Made by a program: the position numbers and the translations under genes. 42,663 nt of DNA from a virus: the IMG/VR virus record IMGVR_UViG_3300045988_096562; one strand, given 5' to 3'. The notes beneath the pieces were generated by a model, which was not told the origin of the DNA, searched no databases, and saw nothing but the letters and a program-made list of their open reading frames with translations. Below, piece after piece: positions 5,736 to 15,111 of the stretch. Numbering within the stretch: position 1 is the stretch's first letter; the number at the start of each line of letters is the position of its first letter.

Positions 5736-6125
5736 ATGCCTGAAATAAAAGCAATAAAATCTAAACCTGCTGTAAATAACTTTGATTTCAACTTTTTTTC
5801 TGATAACAAAGGCCGTAGAGGGAAGACAACTAAAGTAGCGATACATATCTGTAAAAGCTATATCAAATTATCTTTGCCGGCATATCAGAAACTAAAAGGG
5901 CCTGAATATTTTAAAGTTGGTATCGATGTTAAAAACAAAGTTATTTGCGTTATGCCTGCGCTAGCAAAAGAACCTAACATTATTAAACCTACGGCTAAAC
6001 AGATTGAACGTAATACTATTTTTATTACGAAGAGCCGCGACATAATAAATAAACTATTTGACCTCGGCATTTCTAAAGAGGTTGAGGGTAAATTAGTCGA
6101 TGGCGATCTATTATTTAAATTTTAA
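5736..6125 (+). CDS. Hypothetical early protein
   Basis: 129 aa, AAGGAG RBS, co-oriented with the early operon. No motif recognised. Confidence 0.75.
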   Translation: MPEIKAIKSKPAVNNFDFNFFSDNKGRRGKTTKVAIHICKSYIKLSLPAYQKLKGPEYFKVGIDVKNKVICVMPALAKEPNIIKPTAKQIERNTIFITKSRDIINKLFDLGISKEVEGKLVDGDLLFKF

Positions 6126-6136
6126 GGAGATTAATC

Positions 6137-6775
6137 ATGGAAAATAAAAACGTTTTAACTATTAACTTTAATAACATAGAAGATTTGGCATTGCAGATCG
6201 CGGAATGGAATGCAACTTTAAATCATCAATGCCAAGGTCCATGTATGTCGGAAAAGCCAATTGTTAAAGTAACTTCAGGCACTAGTCTGGAACTAGCAGA
6301 AAATAAACTCGAGGATACATTCAAGAAAGCAATTCAAAAGAGCAGCAAAAAGATTGCAGAAGGTATAACTCAGCTTGAAGCTAATGGTTGTAAGGTAAAA
6401 ATCTTAGAAAATGAAGTGTCAGCGCCTGCAGACGATGTTCCTGTAACAGACTTCGAAGGTAATCCGACGAAACTTAATAAAGAAGAAAAAGTTAAACCTG
6501 CTGCAGCCCCTAAACCTGCTGAAACAACAAAGGTCGAAGAACCTACTCCAGTAGAAGCCGCTCAACAAGATACAGAATTAGATGTTGCTACTGAACCTGT
6601 AGATAAAAAAGCCTTTTATAAGGAATTCCGTGAATGGATGGGTGAAGATGGGGTAAAAGCAAAAAAAGCACTTGCAATTTTTAGCAAGCATGGTGTTACT
6701 CGTCCATCTAGTGACTCTTTGACCGATGATCTTATCACCGATTTGAAATCTATCATGGCAGAGAAGGAGGCTTAA
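6137..6775 (+). CDS. Hypothetical acidic early protein with a Pro/Ala/Glu-rich linker
   Basis: 212 aa, AAGGAG RBS. Low-complexity segment PAAAPKPAETTKVEEPTPVEAAQQ. Confidence 0.75.
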   Translation: MENKNVLTINFNNIEDLALQIAEWNATLNHQCQGPCMSEKPIVKVTSGTSLELAENKLEDTFKKAIQKSSKKIAEGITQLEANGCKVKILENEVSAPADDVPVTDFEGNPTKLNKEEKVKPAAAPKPAETTKVEEPTPVEAAQQDTELDVATEPVDKKAFYKEFREWMGEDGVKAKKALAIFSKHGVTRPSSDSLTDDLITDLKSIMAEKEA

Positions 6776-6777
6776 AT

Positions 6778-7149
6778 ATGTCTAAACAACAATTTAAAAG
6801 CCAAGCAGATATATGCAAGAAGTCGCTAGACATATTACATAAGGCCATTGAAATGGACCCTGGCAACGCTGAGGAATACGAAGCCGGTATCGCGTATACC
6901 GAGGGTGTCATGAAAGCATCCAATGCGATTGTAAAGGCCTTTGATGTAGTAGAGCCACCTAAATCAGCTACCCCTAAGGATAAAACGGAAGATGCTGCAA
7001 AGGAAGAAAAGCCAAAGCGTACTCGTAAGACTAAAACGGCTAAAGAACCTGCGCCATTTGATAGCAAACCAACTATAGAAGAAACGCAACCAACGGCTGA
7101 GCCTAGTGTAGAAGAAAACTCGAACATCTTTTCCATGTTCGACGATTAA
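6778..7149 (+). CDS. Hypothetical early protein with a disordered Lys/Glu-rich tail ending NIFSMFDD
   Basis: 123 aa, AAGGAGG RBS, start 3 nt after the previous stop. Confidence 0.75.
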   Translation: MSKQQFKSQADICKKSLDILHKAIEMDPGNAEEYEAGIAYTEGVMKASNAIVKAFDVVEPPKSATPKDKTEDAAKEEKPKRTRKTKTAKEPAPFDSKPTIEETQPTAEPSVEENSNIFSMFDD

Positions 7150-7163
7150 GGCGGTGGCGTTCT

Positions 7164-8813
7164 GTGGAAACTGTGTCTAGTTTATACATCCGTAAAATGT
7201 TCGATAGCATCATAATTGAAAAACATTATGATGCTGCTTACACAACAATTCACCATTGCGATTGCAATCATACATTTGGTGGTACATGGAATCGCAAATA
7301 TAGCATGGGCTGCGGATATTATACAGGTGCGAAATATTATGTTTGCCCTAATTGTGGAACTCGCTCCGAACCATATGTTCATAAAGTAGTAATTGCATCT
7401 GATGATGAGGAACTATTTCCTAAAGAAATGTTTTTTGAAGTCGTTAATTGCAAAGACTTTCTCGATCTTCGTATTAAATATAAAGGAATCCAGCTATTTT
7501 GGGATGGAACATCTGAAGATGGCTCTTATAAAGAAGTCCTGCGTTTTGATTTCAAAGCCAGAAAAGCTTTTTATATCGATGAAGATAAGAGAAAACATGA
7601 GCTCACAGTCGAGTATATTCGTGAGTATGATAATCCGATTATGCCAATTTTAAAATACATAGGAAAATCCTATGCAGTTCATGGATTTAATAAAGAACAT
7701 TTGGCCAAACTCTTCAAAAGTCTGCGTATAACGTTTGAAAAACGCTTATCAGAACAGTGTGGATATAAAGTAAAAGATGTTTATATCCCACATTCGATTA
7801 GTGAATATGGCGGATATGGGATTTCTATGCTGGTTAATATGATCTTAAAGCTCAGCGCTCCTGACATGCCTGCTGTCACTAAAATTATTAAAAGCAACAT
7901 TAAATGGACTTCACGCTATTGGATTGGTTCTATAAGAGATCTGCATTTTTATGATTCGGTTTTAGCTATGACTAAAAAGGGGACCGGATTCTTAGAAGCA
8001 TTGCGAATTTATCATCGAGCTCCTGATAGTAAATTATTGCGTAGCATGATGGTTAATGACCCTATGATTGTTAAGCTATCAGATATGCTGAATGTTTTTA
8101 AAGATGAAAATAATCGAAGGACAATATTGACTCTTAATCGAGAAAAAGGGTTCGATGATGTATCTGCGAAAATAATTAATGCAGCTCATTTAGATGAGAA
8201 TATGGGTGTTAGGACTGAAAAAATACTTAATATGTGGCTTGGCCTTTCCAAACGATATGGTGAGCGAAATTTATTGCGATATTTGCTAAATGTCACTGCA
8301 TCAGATATCAGGGATATTGTTAATATGTACAGTCAAATAACTGGTAAGTATATAGCTCAAGTTTGGAATACTAATTGCAAGTTAAAAGACTTCCATGATG
8401 TTGTAGTTAATATTTACAACAAGCAAGAGTACGGCGACGTAATGCTTCCAGAGGTTCCTCACCTACAAGCGGATGTAAACGGAATGCATTTTATGGTCCC
8501 AAGAACTGCAGCAGAATTAATGACTGCTGGTAAACGATTAAAAAATTGTGTGGGCTCATACCGGGATAGAGTCATGAAAGGAACTACGGCAATAGTGTTA
8601 GTTATCGACGATGCTATGAAGCCGGTTGCATGCCTAGAATTGGCCAATAAGGGTAAGAAGAAAGGTCGTCAAATATTCGACTTAGTGCAGGCGAAGCTCT
8701 TCGCTAATGAAGAACTAAAAAAGAATGCTCAAATTAACTCGACGGTAATGCAATGGGCCAATCAATTGCAGATTGAGCCGCACACCATCGATGTGGATGC
8801 CACTGTTGTATAG
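7164..8813 (+). CDS. PcfJ-like protein with an N-terminal Cys/His cluster
   Basis: 549 aa, GTG start. The C-terminal AGKRLKNCVGSYRDRVMKGTTAIVLV matches the conserved PcfJ-like core. The N-terminus has HHCDCNH...CPNCG. Confidence 0.65.
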   Translation: METVSSLYIRKMFDSIIIEKHYDAAYTTIHHCDCNHTFGGTWNRKYSMGCGYYTGAKYYVCPNCGTRSEPYVHKVVIASDDEELFPKEMFFEVVNCKDFLDLRIKYKGIQLFWDGTSEDGSYKEVLRFDFKARKAFYIDEDKRKHELTVEYIREYDNPIMPILKYIGKSYAVHGFNKEHLAKLFKSLRITFEKRLSEQCGYKVKDVYIPHSISEYGGYGISMLVNMILKLSAPDMPAVTKIIKSNIKWTSRYWIGSIRDLHFYDSVLAMTKKGTGFLEALRIYHRAPDSKLLRSMMVNDPMIVKLSDMLNVFKDENNRRTILTLNREKGFDDVSAKIINAAHLDENMGVRTEKILNMWLGLSKRYGERNLLRYLLNVTASDIRDIVNMYSQITGKYIAQVWNTNCKLKDFHDVVVNIYNKQEYGDVMLPEVPHLQADVNGMHFMVPRTAAELMTAGKRLKNCVGSYRDRVMKGTTAIVLVIDDAMKPVACLELANKGKKKGRQIFDLVQAKLFANEELKKNAQINSTVMQWANQLQIEPHTIDVDATVV

Positions 8814-8822
8814 GAGAATACT

Positions 8823-10730
8823 ATGAAACTCACAAAATTAGAATTACTAAATTTTAAAGGACTAAAGTCCTTTGCCATAGATCTTAATGGCGATGTCATA
8901 ATCCGTGGTGATAATGCCACAGGGAAAACGACTGTATTCGACTCAGTGTGTTGGTTGCTATTTGGCAAAGATAGCCTGGATAGAGCTGATTTTGAAATCA
9001 AAACATTGGATGGTGGTGAACCTATCCATAAAGTCAATCACGAAGTAACAGGAACCTTTACATTAGATGAAGGTGGTACTGTTGAGCTTAAACGCGTCTA
9101 TCGTGAAAAGTACTCTTCCCCTCGTGGTGGTGAAGTTACCTTAACAGGTCACACGACAGATTATTTTGTCGATGGTGTGCCTAAGAAAGAAAAAGAATAC
9201 AAAGAAATAGTTAGTTCGCTTGTCGATGAAAGCATCTTCAAATTAATCACTAACCCTTTATATTTCAATGAGACGTACTCCTGGCAAAATCGTCGGAAGC
9301 TGCTCCTTGAAATGTGTGGCGACATTGACGATGCTGCTGTAATCAATAGTCGTGAAGACTTAAAACGATTAGCAGAGTTATTAGATGGACGCACAGTTGA
9401 TGATCAACGCAAAGTGATTGCCAGCAAGAAAACAGCTATTAATAAAGAACTGGATATGATTCCGGTTCGTATTGATGAAGCTGTGCGAAATAAACCTGAA
9501 GTTATGGCTGATAAAGATAAACTAATCAGTGATATTAAAACTTTATCAACAGGCATTGATGATGTTGAAAAACAAAAGGCAATTATTCGAAACGGTTTTA
9601 GCGCCACAGAAAAGCAGTCTAAAATTCGTGATATTAATCGTCAATTAGATGTTAGACGTTCAGATGTACTATCCGATTACCATAAGCGCAAACAACATTT
9701 GCGCAGTGAGTACGAAGCTGCACTATCTAAATTAAAGGCGACTGAAGCTGAAAGAGATAGATGTATGGATAGAAGCAACGAGCTTAATAAAGAAATTGAG
9801 CGAGAAGCCAAACGCATCGAAACTCTAACAGCTGAATTCAACACATTTAATACTCAGCAGTTTAGTAAAGAGGCTTGCCCTACTTGCGGGCAGCAATTGC
9901 CGGCGGATAAGCAGGAAAAACTCGAGGCAGAATTTAACGCTAATAAATCTAAAAAGCTTGAAGAATGGAAAGGCCTTATCGATAGTTCTGTTAAGTTAAA
10001 AGGAAACTATGAAGAGCAGCAAAAAACTATGATATCAAAAGCTGACGGCTTAATAGATGACATTACACTACAAAGCAAGGAGCGAGATATTAAACACGAA
10101 GAATATGAGGCATGTTCTGAACCTAATGTCGAAGATGATCCTACGTATACCGATTTAAAAGCACAATTATTTTTACTTGAGATTGAAGAGGAACCAGGTG
10201 CAGACACTGAAGAGCTTGCAAGACTTGAGGATGAACTTTCTTCTTTGAAATCTAAAAAAGCAAATCTCGAGACTGAATTGAATAAATTCAAATTGATTGA
10301 TGATATTGAAAATCGTGTTATCGAATTAGAAAATCAACAACAAAAACTTGTTGCCGAAAAGAATAAACTCGATGAAGCATCATATCTTATGGATGAGTTC
10401 GTAAAAGCCAAAGTTAACATGTTGGAAGAAAGCATTAATACAAGGTTTAAACTAGCTCGTTTCAAAATGTTCAACGTTATGTTGAATGGCAACGTTGAAG
10501 AATGTTGCGAAACTACCTATAAAGGGGTGCCATACCGCAGCATGAACAACGCAGCACGCATTAATGTAGGGTTAGACATTATCAATGCATTAACTAGCTA
10601 CTTCAAAGTTAATGCTCCGGTGTTCATAGACAATGCGGAAGCTGTTACTGACTTTATACCTGTTAATAGCCAAACAATTAAATTGATCGTTGATGAATCA
10701 GAACCACAATTAGTGGTTAAGGAGGGGTAA
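8823..10730 (+). CDS. Rad50/SbcC-like SMC-family ATPase
   Basis: 635 aa. Walker A GDNATGKTT at the N-terminus, a long coiled coil with a central CPTCG zinc-hook-like motif, and C-terminal Walker B PVFIDNAE. Confidence 0.85.
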   Translation: MKLTKLELLNFKGLKSFAIDLNGDVIIRGDNATGKTTVFDSVCWLLFGKDSLDRADFEIKTLDGGEPIHKVNHEVTGTFTLDEGGTVELKRVYREKYSSPRGGEVTLTGHTTDYFVDGVPKKEKEYKEIVSSLVDESIFKLITNPLYFNETYSWQNRRKLLLEMCGDIDDAAVINSREDLKRLAELLDGRTVDDQRKVIASKKTAINKELDMIPVRIDEAVRNKPEVMADKDKLISDIKTLSTGIDDVEKQKAIIRNGFSATEKQSKIRDINRQLDVRRSDVLSDYHKRKQHLRSEYEAALSKLKATEAERDRCMDRSNELNKEIEREAKRIETLTAEFNTFNTQQFSKEACPTCGQQLPADKQEKLEAEFNANKSKKLEEWKGLIDSSVKLKGNYEEQQKTMISKADGLIDDITLQSKERDIKHEEYEACSEPNVEDDPTYTDLKAQLFLLEIEEEPGADTEELARLEDELSSLKSKKANLETELNKFKLIDDIENRVIELENQQQKLVAEKNKLDEASYLMDEFVKAKVNMLEESINTRFKLARFKMFNVMLNGNVEECCETTYKGVPYRSMNNAARINVGLDIINALTSYFKVNAPVFIDNAEAVTDFIPVNSQTIKLIVDESEPQLVVKEG

Positions 10731-10732
10731 GT

Positions 10733-11500
10733 ATGACTGACTTACAAATTTTTAATAATGATAGATTTGGACAAATTCGGATTGTACCGGTAGATGGCGA
10801 ATTAATGTTTGTCGCTAAAGATGTATGTGATTGTTTAGAAATCACAAAGTACCGAGATGCAATCAGCCGACTAGATTCTGATGAAAGGGGGTCGGTTAAA
10901 CTGGACACCCCTGGAGGAAAACAAGATATTGCTGCTATTAACGAATACGGGCTATATAACCTCGTGCTTTCAAGTCGAAAACCTGAAGCAAAAGAATTTA
11001 AACGTTGGATTACACATGATGTGATTCCTGCTATTAGAAAAACTGGGTCCTACTCTATATCAATTCCAAAGTCACTACCTGAAGCTCTTAGAGCATACGC
11101 CAATGAGGTGGAATCGCACAATGCAACAAAGGCTATCGTTGCTCAACAAGAGCAACAGATAGCAGAATTTAAACCGGTTAAGGATTACGTGGACAAAATA
11201 TTGTCTAGTAAATCTTGCTTAACTATCACCCAGATTGCCGCTGACTACGGCATGAGTGCTCAAGAGTTAAATAAGATTTTGCACGAAGCTGGTCTACAAC
11301 GTAAGGTCGGTGATCAATGGATTCTCTACAAGCAGCATATGTCAAAAGGCTTCACTAAATCCGAAACCTTTACATTCTGCAGAAGTGATGGTCGCTTAGA
11401 TTCTAAAATCACAACTAAATGGACTCAAAAAGGCCGTTTGGAAATTCATAATATTTTATCTAACTTAGATATCCACGCTGTATGCGAAAACGTGGCATAG
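10733..11500 (+). CDS. Bro-N / KilAC-domain antirepressor-like protein
   Basis: 255 aa. The Bro-N pattern FGQIRIVPVDGELMFVAKDVCDCLEI...FKRWITHDVIPAIRKTG is followed by a KilAC-like C-terminus LTITQIAADYGMSAQELNKILHEAGL. Confidence 0.8.
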   Translation: MTDLQIFNNDRFGQIRIVPVDGELMFVAKDVCDCLEITKYRDAISRLDSDERGSVKLDTPGGKQDIAAINEYGLYNLVLSSRKPEAKEFKRWITHDVIPAIRKTGSYSISIPKSLPEALRAYANEVESHNATKAIVAQQEQQIAEFKPVKDYVDKILSSKSCLTITQIAADYGMSAQELNKILHEAGLQRKVGDQWILYKQHMSKGFTKSETFTFCRSDGRLDSKITTKWTQKGRLEIHNILSNLDIHAVCENVA

Positions 11501-11510
11501 GAGGTACATA

Positions 11511-12383
11511 ATGGGTGAAGTAACAAAAGCACAAACTCAAACACCATCGCTTAAAACTATGGTGTCTAGTGAGTCGGTAAAGAAACGTTTTAATGAAATA
11601 TTGGGTAAAAAATCAGCAGCCTTTGTATCTAGCTTGATTTCTGTATCTAATAATAATGAACTGTTATCAAAAGCAGACCCTACCACAGTTATTACTGCAG
11701 GTGTGATGGCAGCCACTTTGGATCTTCCAATTAATCAAAACTTGGGGTTTGCCTATATCGTTCCTTTCTACAACAGTAAAAAGAAAATTAATGAAGCTCA
11801 ATTTCAAATGGGTTACAAAGGGTATATCCAGTTGGCTATGCGAACAGGTCAATATAAGACCATTAATGCTAGTGAAATTTACGAAGGTGAAATTAAACAC
11901 CATAACAAGCTTACAGGTGAGTTCGAATTAGGCGAGCGAACTGGTGATAATGTAGTTGGTTATATTGCTTATTTCAAACTCATTAATGGCTTTGAAAAGT
12001 ATTTATATATGTCTAAAGAAGATGCTGAAGCACACGCTATAAAGTACTCCCAAACATACAAAAGGGGCTTTGGTCTTTGGAAAACAGATTTTGATGCCAT
12101 GGCCATCAAAACAGTACTCAAACGTTTGTTAAGTAAATATGGCATTCTATCAGTCGAAATGCAGAGCATGGCTAATGCAATTTCTGTAGATGGTGCCGTC
12201 ATTCGTGATAATAATGGCGAGCTCACCCCTGATTTCGAAGGTGAAACTATCGATGTTCAATCTGATGTAGCAGAAACAATCGCTAATAATGCAAATTCTG
12301 AAGCCATTGACATCGATGCTAGTCCTACCAATGAATTCGTTAATCCTGAAACTGGCGAAGTAGTCAATATGTTCGGTGATTAA
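11511..12383 (+). CDS. recT: RecT-family single-strand annealing recombinase
   Basis: 290 aa. QFQMGYKGYIQLAMRTGQYKTINASEIYEGE is typical of RecT. It lies next to nuclease-like genes. Confidence 0.85.
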   Translation: MGEVTKAQTQTPSLKTMVSSESVKKRFNEILGKKSAAFVSSLISVSNNNELLSKADPTTVITAGVMAATLDLPINQNLGFAYIVPFYNSKKKINEAQFQMGYKGYIQLAMRTGQYKTINASEIYEGEIKHHNKLTGEFELGERTGDNVVGYIAYFKLINGFEKYLYMSKEDAEAHAIKYSQTYKRGFGLWKTDFDAMAIKTVLKRLLSKYGILSVEMQSMANAISVDGAVIRDNNGELTPDFEGETIDVQSDVAETIANNANSEAIDIDASPTNEFVNPETGEVVNMFGD

Positions 12384-12385
12384 TT

Positions 12386-13108
12386 GTGATTAGTATTCAA
12401 GCATTCGGTAGCAGCTCAAAAGGGAACTGCTACCGAATCAAAACCTCAACAAACGGTGATGAATTACTCCTGGATGCAGGGTTGCCATTTAAAGATATCC
12501 AGCGATATTGCCGATTTAATTTCCTACATCTATGCGGAACATTACTCACACATCAACATGGAGACCATAGCAAGGCTGTAAACGATCTATTAAAGCTTGG
12601 CCATCGTGTCTATATGCTGTCAGATACGGCCAATGCCTTGTATGTATCTGATAAGCACACAGCAATTCTTATAACCCCAAAAGTTCAATTTACGGTAGGC
12701 AATTTTAGTATTCTACCTTTTGAATTAGAACATGACGTTCCTAACGTTGGATTCTTAATTTCAGATGGAGAGGAAAAGCTTCTATATATCACCGATACAT
12801 ATTACTGCCGATATACGTTTAAAGATGTTGATCATATCATGGTTGAATGTAACCATTCCTATGAAATTCTAAATCAACATGTAGAAGCCGGTTACCTTGA
12901 TGAAAAACGAATGGAGCGGTTAATTCAATCTCATTTTTCTTTAGAGAATGTAATTAAATTTCTAAAATCTATGGATCTAACTAGGTGCCAAGACATACGA
13001 CTACTACATTTATCAGATAGCAACTCAGATGCAGAAACATTCAAACGAGCTGTTCAAGCTGCTACTGGTAAATTAGTAATCGTAGAGCAAGAAAGGAGCC
13101 CCTTATGA
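12386..13108 (+). CDS. Metallo-beta-lactamase-fold hydrolase (probable recombination nuclease partner)
   Basis: 240 aa, GTG start. HxHxDH motif (THQHGDHS) and downstream His/Asp ligands. Confidence 0.8.
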   Translation: MISIQAFGSSSKGNCYRIKTSTNGDELLLDAGLPFKDIQRYCRFNFLHLCGTLLTHQHGDHSKAVNDLLKLGHRVYMLSDTANALYVSDKHTAILITPKVQFTVGNFSILPFELEHDVPNVGFLISDGEEKLLYITDTYYCRYTFKDVDHIMVECNHSYEILNQHVEAGYLDEKRMERLIQSHFSLENVIKFLKSMDLTRCQDIRLLHLSDSNSDAETFKRAVQAATGKLVIVEQERSPL

Positions 13109-13545
13109 TTATTAAATCAATAGCAATCACAGATAACGATATCAGCATTGCGTATCAAAAACCATCTGCTACAGGGTTAACGGATGTATTCACGCTAAAA
13201 TCTAAGGACGATCCACGTCCTGAACTTCTGCAAGCATTCAATAAACTGCAGTCTATTGTGAAGAAAAACTTTGAATTCTTGGAAGAATTTAAAATCCCAT
13301 TTTTGGTAAATACATTTAAATTTAAGTATGATGACGTTGAAGGTCTTATTAACCAGGTTGGTGTTGAAGGTATCGTGTCTGATATGAACACGCCTAACAA
13401 ATTTAAATTCAAAACGGGCTGGTTAAATGTTGAATATGCAGACTCTACATTTGCTATCTCAGTCCAAGACTTAATCGATGAATGCGTAAGGTTTATTATG
13501 GGACGTCGAGCCCAGGATAATTTATTTAACGACAATGAAGAGTGA
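13105..13545 (+). CDS. Hypothetical protein
   Basis: 146 aa with an ATGA overlap to the previous gene. No motif recognised. Confidence 0.7.
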   Translation: MIIKSIAITDNDISIAYQKPSATGLTDVFTLKSKDDPRPELLQAFNKLQSIVKKNFEFLEEFKIPFLVNTFKFKYDDVEGLINQVGVEGIVSDMNTPNKFKFKTGWLNVEYADSTFAISVQDLIDECVRFIMGRRAQDNLFNDNEE

Positions 13546-14489
13546 TAGATATGGCGAAAAATCAATCATACTACTTTAGTCATGACATCAATGCGAGTAA
13601 TGATCCTAAAATCGCTGCTATGATTTCAGAATTAGGAATGATTTCATATGCCTGGTGGTGGATATTGATTGAAAAATTAGCCGCAGCAGATGACTATAAA
13701 TTGCCACTAAAAAAATATACATTCGTCGCTTTGGATAATGAATTAAAGATGAATGATGAACAAATTTTAACAAGTGTTCAACAAGTGTTCAACAAAAATC
13801 AACACGTGTTGGAACAAAATTCAATGTGTTCATTTTGTTCATTTTTGTTAATTTATTTGTTGATTCATGACTACGAATTATTGGACTGTGATGACGAATA
13901 TTTTTGGTCACCCAGCTTAATTCGAAGGTTTGAGTTTAAAAAAGTGAAAGAGGAAACTATCCGCGAAAAACGTAGGTTGGCGGGCCTTAAAAGCGCGGAG
14001 TCTCGCAAAGCAAAAAAACAAAATTTAACACATGTTCAACAAAATTTAACACATGTTCAACAAAATCAACTAATAAAAGAAAAGAAAAGAAAAGAAAATA
14101 ATATAGAGAGAGATACGCGCGCGCGTGAAGATGAAAATCCTCTATCTATGTTTGAAGATGATGAAGTAAAAAATAAACCCATTTACGAATTGTATATGAA
14201 ATCAATTGGAATTGTATCGTCTACTATTAAAGAGCGGTTAGATGATCTAGTTGAATCATATGGCAAAGAACGAGTCATTGTTGCTATTAATACCACAGCG
14301 GATAACGGTGGCAATAGCATCAAGTATGTTGAAACTGTCACGGCAGGGAATCTAAAGCAGGAGGTGCAAAAGGATTTTGGAGCAAGCAAATGTAACAGCA
14401 ATGCTAGAGGCGTGTCTCGAAAAAATTCGAGAAAGGACGAAGACGTCGACTGGGAAAAAGAATATCAACGAGTCCACGGTAAAAAATGA
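13542..14489 (+). CDS. Replication initiator-like protein (Lin1244/DUF4373-type N-terminus); start may be the ATG at 13551
   Basis: The N-terminus YYFSHDINASNDPKIAAMISELGMISYAWWWILIEKL matches the DUF4373 pattern. The gene contains iteron-like DNA repeats internally. Confidence 0.7.
   Translation: MIDMAKNQSYYFSHDINASNDPKIAAMISELGMISYAWWWILIEKLAAADDYKLPLKKYTFVALDNELKMNDEQILTSVQQVFNKNQHVLEQNSMCSFCSFLLIYLLIHDYELLDCDDEYFWSPSLIRRFEFKKVKEETIREKRRLAGLKSAESRKAKKQNLTHVQQNLTHVQQNQLIKEKKRKENNIERDTRAREDENPLSMFEDDEVKNKPIYELYMKSIGIVSSTIKERLDDLVESYGKERVIVAINTTADNGGNSIKYVETVTAGNLKQEVQKDFGASKCNSNARGVSRKNSRKDEDVDWEKEYQRVHGKK
13768..14126. repeat. Origin-like iteron cluster inside the initiator gene
   Basis: caagtgttcaa occurs twice in tandem at 13770-13791, then degenerate 11-bp-phased copies run to about 13850. 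A 21-bp unit aaaatttaacacatgttcaac occurs twice at 14020-14061. An (aaaag)n tract spans 14073-14100. The palindrome acgcgcgcgcgt lies at 14115-14126. Confidence 0.55.
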
Positions 14490-15111
14490 GTTCTTTTATC
14501 CTGTTTATGACAAACCGGTAGTCATTCAAACAAACGTTAATACCACCTATGCTGCAGTTGGAATCCCTAAGCGCTATTATGATATGGATTTCGACTGGTT
14601 GCGTAAGCATGGTAGTTTTCCTAAAGAGAATGCTGAAGCTTACGATGTGGTTAGAAAGTATTCTAATAACCTGAAAGCTAATCTTGATTCCGGTAAGGGC
14701 CTCATATTAAGGGGCCCAGCTGGTACAGGTAAGACATCCATTGCGGTAAGCATTTTAAAACAGGCTATGGAATTAGGTAAAGGGTGTCTAATGATTTCAA
14801 TGCCTAATTTATTGGATAATATGCTTACGTTATCTAAAGGCGACAATGTAGCTTATCTAAGATTTGAGCAAAAACTTAGAAATATCCCATTGCTATTACT
14901 TGATGATTTTGGGGCGGAGTATTCCAAGTCTGATTGGGTGTCATCTAAGGTTGAAAGCATCATTATTGATCGCTACAACAGAATGAAGCCTATCATTCTT
15001 ACAACGAATTATAGCGATACCTGGACTGAAGAGAATTATAGCCAAAGAATATATGACCGTCTACGTGGGGAATATGCGGTGGCTATATTTAATGGAGCAT
15101 CGCACCGATGA
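14377..15111 (+). CDS. DnaC/IstB-like AAA+ helicase loader (start uncertain)
   Basis: Walker A GPAGTGKTSIAV and Walker B LLLLDDFG. The longest ORF overlaps the upstream gene by 113 nt, so the true start may be downstream. Confidence 0.8.
   Translation: MEQANVTAMLEACLEKIRERTKTSTGKKNINESTVKNEFFYPVYDKPVVIQTNVNTTYAAVGIPKRYYDMDFDWLRKHGSFPKENAEAYDVVRKYSNNLKANLDSGKGLILRGPAGTGKTSIAVSILKQAMELGKGCLMISMPNLLDNMLTLSKGDNVAYLRFEQKLRNIPLLLLDDFGAEYSKSDWVSSKVESIIIDRYNRMKPIILTTNYSDTWTEENYSQRIYDRLRGEYAVAIFNGASHR

Noticed and set aside
5556-6070. - strand ORFs 5556..5846 and 5885..6070
   Set aside because: They are antisense to better-supported + strand genes, namely the zinc-ribbon ORF and 5736..6125. They have no RBS and are not co-oriented with any leftward promoter.
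6753-7136. Other long antisense or alternative-frame ORFs (for example 6753..7136, 13155..13565, 21593..22000, 24487..24756, 29828..30157, 30892..31200, 22842..23081, 18928..19137)
   Set aside because: Each is nested inside a motif-supported gene of the co-linear operon. They lack RBSs and have skewed composition, so I treated them as frame shadows.
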